NCBI GenBank assembly: GCA_963697335.1
Contig: CAVONQ010000002.1
Span: forward strand, 224,001 to 288,000
Length of the DNA: 64,000 nucleotides
From: an uncultured cyanobacterium
GTDB taxonomy: Bacteria; Cyanobacteriota; Cyanobacteriia; PCC-6307; Cyanobiaceae
Reading direction: 5' to 3'
A program made the translations under genes and the position numbers. The notes beneath the pieces were generated by a model. It worked only from the letters and a program-made list of their open reading frames with translations, was not told the DNA's origin and did not search any database. This document shows positions 59,377-64,000 of the stretch, piece by piece (the first letter of the stretch is position 1; each line of letters starts with the position of its first letter).

Positions 59377-60462
59377 TCAGATGATGTCCATCACCTGGTC
59401 TGTGCGCTCCACCATGCAGGTGAGCAGGGCCATGCGGATGAACACGGCGCCGCGGGCCTGGGAGAAGTACCAGTTGTGGGGGCTGCCATCGAGGCAGGTG
59501 CCCAGCTCGGCCCCGCGGGCCAGGGGGTGGAGGATGATCGCTTCAGGCCGGTAGGGCAGATCGGCGGTGAGGTGGAAGCTGCGGCCATGCACCTCGTAGT
59601 TGTCCCCCACCCAGGCGATCGCGTTGATGTAGATCACATCGAGATCGGGCACGGCGGCGCTGAGGTCATCGCTGGTGAGCACCTTGATGCCGGCCTGCTC
59701 CAGCTCCTCCCGCTGGCCTGGATCAAAGTAGCTCTCGGCTTCCCCAGGGTCGATGCCAGGCTCGTGGAACAGCACCAGTTCATCGATCATCTGCGGGAAT
59801 TTGGTGAGGATGCGCAGCAGGGAACGCACCGTGCGCATGCGCTTCGGGATGCCCACGATGCCGATGCGGATGCGTTGATCGGTGGGCACATCCTGCTCCA
59901 CCAGCTGGGGCCGCCACTTGAAGATGGTGTAGAGGTCGGCCATGGCCTGGGTGGGATGTTCATCGATGCCATTGCCGGCATTGATGATCGGAATCCGCAG
60001 AGATTCCGTCATCTCGTAGATGGCCTGGGCATTGGTATCCCGCAACACCACGCAGTCGCCGTAGTTGTTGAACATCTCGGCCACATCCCGGAGCGTTTCC
60101 CCCTTGGCGATACCAGTGGTGCTGCGATCCGTGATCGTGATCGTGTCGCCGCCGAGCCGGTGCCAGGCGCTGTCGAAGGAGAGTCGGGTGCGGGTGCTGG
60201 GCTCGTAGAAGGCGTTGATCAGGATCTTGCGCTGCAGCGGGCTGTTGAAGCGGATGTAGCGCTGGGGATTGCTCTCGAACTTCGCCGCCAGCCGAAACAC
60301 CTGCAGCAGGGAAGTGGCGCTGTATTGCAGCGTGGAGATCACATGCTGATTCATCAGATCACTCAGGGCCCCGCCGTGCTCGCGGATCTGCTCGAGCAGG
60401 GCCTGTGGGTGAGCGTTCCCATAGACATCAGGGCCGAGCCGATTGAAGTGGGGAGAGTGCAT
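59377..60462 (-). CDS. Aspartate carbamoyltransferase-like protein (divergent PyrB paralog)
   Basis: EPSTRT, KGET, NAG...EHPTQ, RTVRSL, HPLAR; the RxQ aspartate motif is missing; start could be 60573. Confidence 0.88.
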   Translation of the reverse strand: MHSPHFNRLGPDVYGNAHPQALLEQIREHGGALSDLMNQHVISTLQYSATSLLQVFRLAAKFESNPQRYIRFNSPLQRKILINAFYEPSTRTRLSFDSAWHRLGGDTITITDRSTTGIAKGETLRDVAEMFNNYGDCVVLRDTNAQAIYEMTESLRIPIINAGNGIDEHPTQAMADLYTIFKWRPQLVEQDVPTDQRIRIGIVGIPKRMRTVRSLLRILTKFPQMIDELVLFHEPGIDPGEAESYFDPGQREELEQAGIKVLTSDDLSAAVPDLDVIYINAIAWVGDNYEVHGRSFHLTADLPYRPEAIILHPLARGAELGTCLDGSPHNWYFSQARGAVFIRMALLTCMVERTDQVMDII

Positions 60463-60628
60463 CGTCAAAGGTGATCCCGGGGGCTGGGGATGTTGTGGTC
60501 GAACGGGGTGGAAGGCTCCATCTTCCGCCTCAACCGGGTTGTTGTCTGGAATCTCTTGTGTTTTCTGCAACATCGGAACCGCAAAAAAGTAGCGGTATTG
60601 ACCGTTTTGTGATCAGTCGGCCCTGGCG

Positions 60629-60820
60629 CTACCAGACCCGGCCGTTGCGCCACTCCACGAACCAGATGCCCAGGATCACCAACACGGCCAGCACGAGGCC
60701 GGCGATGCTGCCGTACACCACCAGGCCGAACCACCAGCCGGAGATCAGCCAGGAGCCGGCGGGGGCGCTGGTGCTCAGCAGCAGGGAAGGGAACAGGGCC
60801 ATGGCTTGGGGGATGGGCAC
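60629..60820 (-). CDS. Small membrane protein, possible symporter accessory subunit
   Basis: Hydrophobic helix ending EWRNGRVW; starts 3 bp after the symporter stop. Confidence 0.65.
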   Translation of the reverse strand: MPIPQAMALFPSLLLSTSAPAGSWLISGWWFGLVVYGSIAGLVLAVLVILGIWFVEWRNGRVW

Positions 60821-60823
60821 GAC

Positions 60824-62257
60824 TCAGGGGCTCTCGGGATCGCCGGCCAGCTGGCGCCAGTCGTACTGCTCGGGCCAGTAGTGGCTGCCCAGGCCCATCA
60901 CCAGGGCCGAGACGGCGGCGGAGACCAGGGCGGCGCAGTAGGGGGCGATCAGCCCGTAGGCCAGCAGGCCGCTGACCGAGCCCAGCAGCATGGCGGCGGT
61001 GGCCGCCTGGCGGTTGGCCTGGCGCCAGTAGAGCCCCATGGCAATCGGCCAGATCGTGGAGGCCACCAGGGCGCCGGTGAACAACAGCAGCTGGTACATC
61101 GACGTCACGTATTGCCAGGAGAGCAGCATGGTCAGCAGGCCCAGGGCCACCACCACCCGGCGGGCGGCCTGGCGGATCTGCTGGTCGGTGGAGTCGGGGC
61201 GTAACCAGTGGGCGATCACGTCCTCGGCGATCAGATCGGCCGTGGCGGCGAGCAGGGAGTCGAGGGTGGAGGTGAGCGAGGCGAAGATGATCACGAACAC
61301 CACCGCGGCGCCGCTGCTGCCCAGCAGCTGGGCGGTGACGATGGGGAACACCATGTTCACCTGGGGAATCTCGAGGTTCTGGGCCAGGGCCATCAGGGCG
61401 ATGGCGCCCGTCACGATCGGCACGGTGACCCAGGCCAGGCCGCCGAGCACGAAGGAGCGGAACACCACCGAGGGGCGGCTGGCGAACACCCGCGACCACC
61501 AGATGTTGTTGTGGAACACCTCGCCCATGCTGAACAGCCCGGTGTTCCAGGCGAAGAGCAGACCTGCCGGCAGCAGCAGATTCAGTCGCTCGGGATGCTC
61601 GCTGGCCAGGGCCGTGTACACCTGATCGGTGCCGAAGCGGCTGAAGCCGAGCACGGCCACCAGCACCAGCAACGCCATGATCAGCAGCGACTGGATGAAG
61701 TCGGTGCCCACCACCGCTCGCATGCCGCCGAACAGGGTGTAGGTGGTGGACACGCCGATCACACACACCATGCCAAGGCGGTAGTCGAAGCCCGAGAGCG
61801 ACTGCAGCAGCAGGCCGGCCCCCATGCCCTGGGTGATCAGAAAGCCCAGGGTGTAGGCCATGGTGATCAGCAGGAACAGGGCCCAGCAGAGCCGCCCGTA
61901 GCGCAGCCGCACGAAGTCGCCGCTGGTGCGGGCCCGGGGCATCAGCCGCTTGATCCGCACCGCCAGGGGAGCGAACAGGAACAGCCCCAGGCCGGCGAGG
62001 GCGTAGCCGAACATGCCCCAGAGGCCGAGGGTGTAACCCACCTCCGGCGCCGCCAGGGTGGTGTTGCCGGTGACCCAGCTGGCCATCAGGGTGGCCGTGC
62101 TCAGGGCCAGGCCGATGTTGCGGCCGGCGAGCAGGTAGTCGTCGGCGTCGCCGCTGCCGCGCCGGCCCCACCAGATGCCCAGGGCGATCCAGAGCACGGA
62201 GAAGCCCACCAGGAGCAGCCAGGCGGCGCCCGGCGCCAGCATCGCGTCAGTCGTCAT
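60824..62257 (-). CDS. Sodium:solute symporter, DUR3/urea-transporter-like
   Basis: YLLAGR, ASWVTGNT, TLFGGMRAV..TDFIQ, WWSRVFA, STLDSLL; about 13 TM segments. Confidence 0.9.
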   Translation of the reverse strand: MTTDAMLAPGAAWLLLVGFSVLWIALGIWWGRRGSGDADDYLLAGRNIGLALSTATLMASWVTGNTTLAAPEVGYTLGLWGMFGYALAGLGLFLFAPLAVRIKRLMPRARTSGDFVRLRYGRLCWALFLLITMAYTLGFLITQGMGAGLLLQSLSGFDYRLGMVCVIGVSTTYTLFGGMRAVVGTDFIQSLLIMALLVLVAVLGFSRFGTDQVYTALASEHPERLNLLLPAGLLFAWNTGLFSMGEVFHNNIWWSRVFASRPSVVFRSFVLGGLAWVTVPIVTGAIALMALAQNLEIPQVNMVFPIVTAQLLGSSGAAVVFVIIFASLTSTLDSLLAATADLIAEDVIAHWLRPDSTDQQIRQAARRVVVALGLLTMLLSWQYVTSMYQLLLFTGALVASTIWPIAMGLYWRQANRQAATAAMLLGSVSGLLAYGLIAPYCAALVSAAVSALVMGLGSHYWPEQYDWRQLAGDPESP

Positions 62258-62269
62258 CGGGGCAGGGCA

Positions 62270-62398
62270 TCAACCGGGGTCATCGAAGGGATCGCGCTGG
62301 TGCCAGCGCCGGTGGCCGCGCAGCACCATCACCACGGTGGTCAGGGTCACCAGGCCGCCGAGCACGAAGATCAGCAGGGCCCGTTGCAGCTCGGTCAT
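62270..62398 (-). CDS. 42-aa single-TM small protein
   Basis: MTELQRALLIFVLGGLVTLTTVVMVLRGHRRW..., preceded by GGAGG. Confidence 0.7.
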   Translation of the reverse strand: MTELQRALLIFVLGGLVTLTTVVMVLRGHRRWHQRDPFDDPG

Positions 62399-62432
62399 GG
62401 CACCAGCCTCCAACGCAGCACAGCCTGAACAC

Positions 62433-62456
62433 AAAAAAGCCCCGGAAACCGGGGCC
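62433..62456 (-). terminator. Terminator downstream of tRNA-fMet
   Basis: GCCCCGG-TTT-CCGGGGC-TTTTTT. Confidence 0.88.
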
Positions 62457-62474
62457 TGTTGAAGAGCAAACAAG

Positions 62475-62551
<77 letters not shown>

Positions 62552-62597
62552 GCACCAGAGGAGTGTACCAGCCGGTGTCCTGCGCTACAGGTGGATC

Positions 62598-63569
62598 TCA
62601 GTCGAAGCGCAGCTCGCCGCGCACGTCCAGCTTCAGGTGCGGTGCCGGCTCCAGGAACGAGCGGCGCAGCTCCTCGAGGGTCATCGGCGTCAGCCAGTCG
62701 AGCTGCTCCAGCAGGTGCAGGGCCACGGCGTGCTTGGCCCGCCCGGCGCCGTCCTCCACCTTGATCGCCACCCCCAGCCCCTCGCCCACCCGGCTGAGGC
62801 ACTGAATCCCCTCGGCACCTCCCTTGCTGAGCACCTGGCCATGGCCCAGGCGCATCAGCTCGGTGTCGAAGCGGCCCTCGCCGGCCACCAGCTCCGGATG
62901 GCTGAGCATCGCCCGGCTGAGCCGCTCCAGGTCGGGTTGGGCGCCAGCTCCGAGGTGGGCGTAGAGCAGGGCCATCTGGGCCAGCTGCAGCTGCAGGGTG
63001 GGTGCGCCGCAGTCGTCGCGGGCCGTGACCAGTTCAGCGGCGGGCAGGCCGAGCAGTTCGGCCACCCGCTTGAGCACCTCCTGCTGCAGGGGATGCTCCG
63101 GCTGCAGGTAGCTCTCCAGGGCCCAGCCCATGCGCCGGCAGGTGGCCAGGAAGGCGGCGTGCTTGCCGGAGCAGTTGTGCTCCAGGGGGCTGCTGCCGTG
63201 CTCGGGCACGGGGCTCTGCAGCTGCTCGGCCTCCACCTCGGCGCCCCACAGCAGCCGGAAGGCCTCGCGGGCATGGCCGGAGGTGCCGGCATGGGAGGCG
63301 CAGGCAATGGCCAGGCCCCGGTCGCCGCAGTTGATCTGGTCGGCGGTGCCGCTGGCCACGAACACGGAGGCCTGAAAGGGCTTGAGGGCCGAGCGCACGA
63401 AGCTCAGCTGCTGGGGATCGCCGGCCCGCATCAGCACGCGGCCGCGGCCATCGCACACCACCGCATGCACCCGATGGCGGGATTCGGTGATGCCGTTGCG
63501 CAGCAGTCGCACCTCCAGGGGAGGAATGGAGGTGCGGGCCGATCCGCCGAAGCTGGGGGGCAGGGACAT
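62598..63569 (-). CDS. L-asparaginase II family protein
   Basis: ES.H, RSALKPFQA, ACASH, HNCSGKH, DDCGAP, SKGGAEG, KVEDG. Confidence 0.9.
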   Translation of the reverse strand: MSLPPSFGGSARTSIPPLEVRLLRNGITESRHRVHAVVCDGRGRVLMRAGDPQQLSFVRSALKPFQASVFVASGTADQINCGDRGLAIACASHAGTSGHAREAFRLLWGAEVEAEQLQSPVPEHGSSPLEHNCSGKHAAFLATCRRMGWALESYLQPEHPLQQEVLKRVAELLGLPAAELVTARDDCGAPTLQLQLAQMALLYAHLGAGAQPDLERLSRAMLSHPELVAGEGRFDTELMRLGHGQVLSKGGAEGIQCLSRVGEGLGVAIKVEDGAGRAKHAVALHLLEQLDWLTPMTLEELRRSFLEPAPHLKLDVRGELRFD

Positions 63570-63597
63570 ACAGGGGAGTCGGTCGATCTGGCCGTGC

Positions 63598-64000
63598 TCA
63601 GAGAGCCTGACAGAGGCTCGCCCCCAGCAACATCAAGGTGACGGCCAGGCCGATGGCCTGCTGGAGCCGGGCCAGGATCGGCCTCACCTGGTGCTGGGCC
63701 ACCAGTAGATCCTGCTGGCGCCAGGCCAGCGGCTTTTCCCACACCTGGCCGTCGTACCAGCCGGACTCCTCGTAGTCGACCCGCTCGCTGATCAGGCGCC
63801 GGTGGATGGTGCTCCAGCCCAGCCACTGGCGCACCAGCAGCAGGGTGGGCAGGGCGATGGCGGCGGCCACCCCTGCCGCCACCATGCGGGCCGGATCGTG
63901 GCGCAATACCCAGCTGCCGCTGGCCACGATCACGCTGAGGGGCGCCACCAGCAGCCAGCTGATCAGCAGCGGACGCATCAGGCCATCGAGACTCTCGGCA
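63598..64000 (-). CDS. CGLD27/Ycf36 (DUF1230) family protein, 5' end outside the window
   Basis: WLGW..I.RRL....YEESGWYDGQVWEKP. Confidence 0.88.
   Translation of the reverse strand, partial: AESLDGLMRPLLISWLLVAPLSVIVASGSWVLRHDPARMVAAGVAAAIALPTLLLVRQWLGWSTIHRRLISERVDYEESGWYDGQVWEKPLAWRQQDLLVAQHQVRPILARLQQAIGLAVTLMLLGASLCQAL

Noticed and set aside
24772..62474. Single integrative element or prophage between the two tRNAs
   Set aside because: No integrase, phage genes or duplicated tRNA 3' end found, and many core-like genes lie inside

Overview
High-GC (~70%) picocyanobacterial chromosome segment, Cyanobium / Synechococcus subcluster 5.2-like (inferred from psbY, crtH, ycf54, cpcL, hli, petF, glnN and recBCD). 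1-24.8 kb is core-like: LCP protein, ABC exporter, rbp, DEAD-box helicase, recC-recB-recD, ycf54, pdxJ, bolA/grxD, an atypical response regulator, crtH, trmFO, psbY and tRNA-Lys. Downstream of tRNA-Lys (24.8-35 kb) is an accessory tract rich in gene remnants plus an intact DoxX / ECF sigma / anti-sigma / arsS / arsM operon, and a decayed inverted copy of part of that operon. 35-53 kb holds glnN, a desaturase, a second rbp, glgP, petF, bioA, cpcL, ion/stress genes, hli and cbiX. 55-62.4 kb, next to tRNA-fMet, is a compact nitrogen cluster: a DUR3-like symporter, an ATCase-like carbamoyltransferase lacking the aspartate beta-carboxylate-binding residues, an AsnB-like amidotransferase, a DUF1028 protein and an N-carbamoyl-amino-acid hydrolase. 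This cluster is the best candidate for an undescribed pathway (hypothesis: synthesis and recycling of an N-carbamoyl amino-acid amide). Other highlights are a candidate ~66-nt sRNA with a CRP/NtcA-type class II promoter and a triple TTTTCCCCA repeat with identical spacing upstream of both DUF2811 paralogs. All calls come from reading the sequence and recalled motifs; no searches were run, and several start codons are best guesses.
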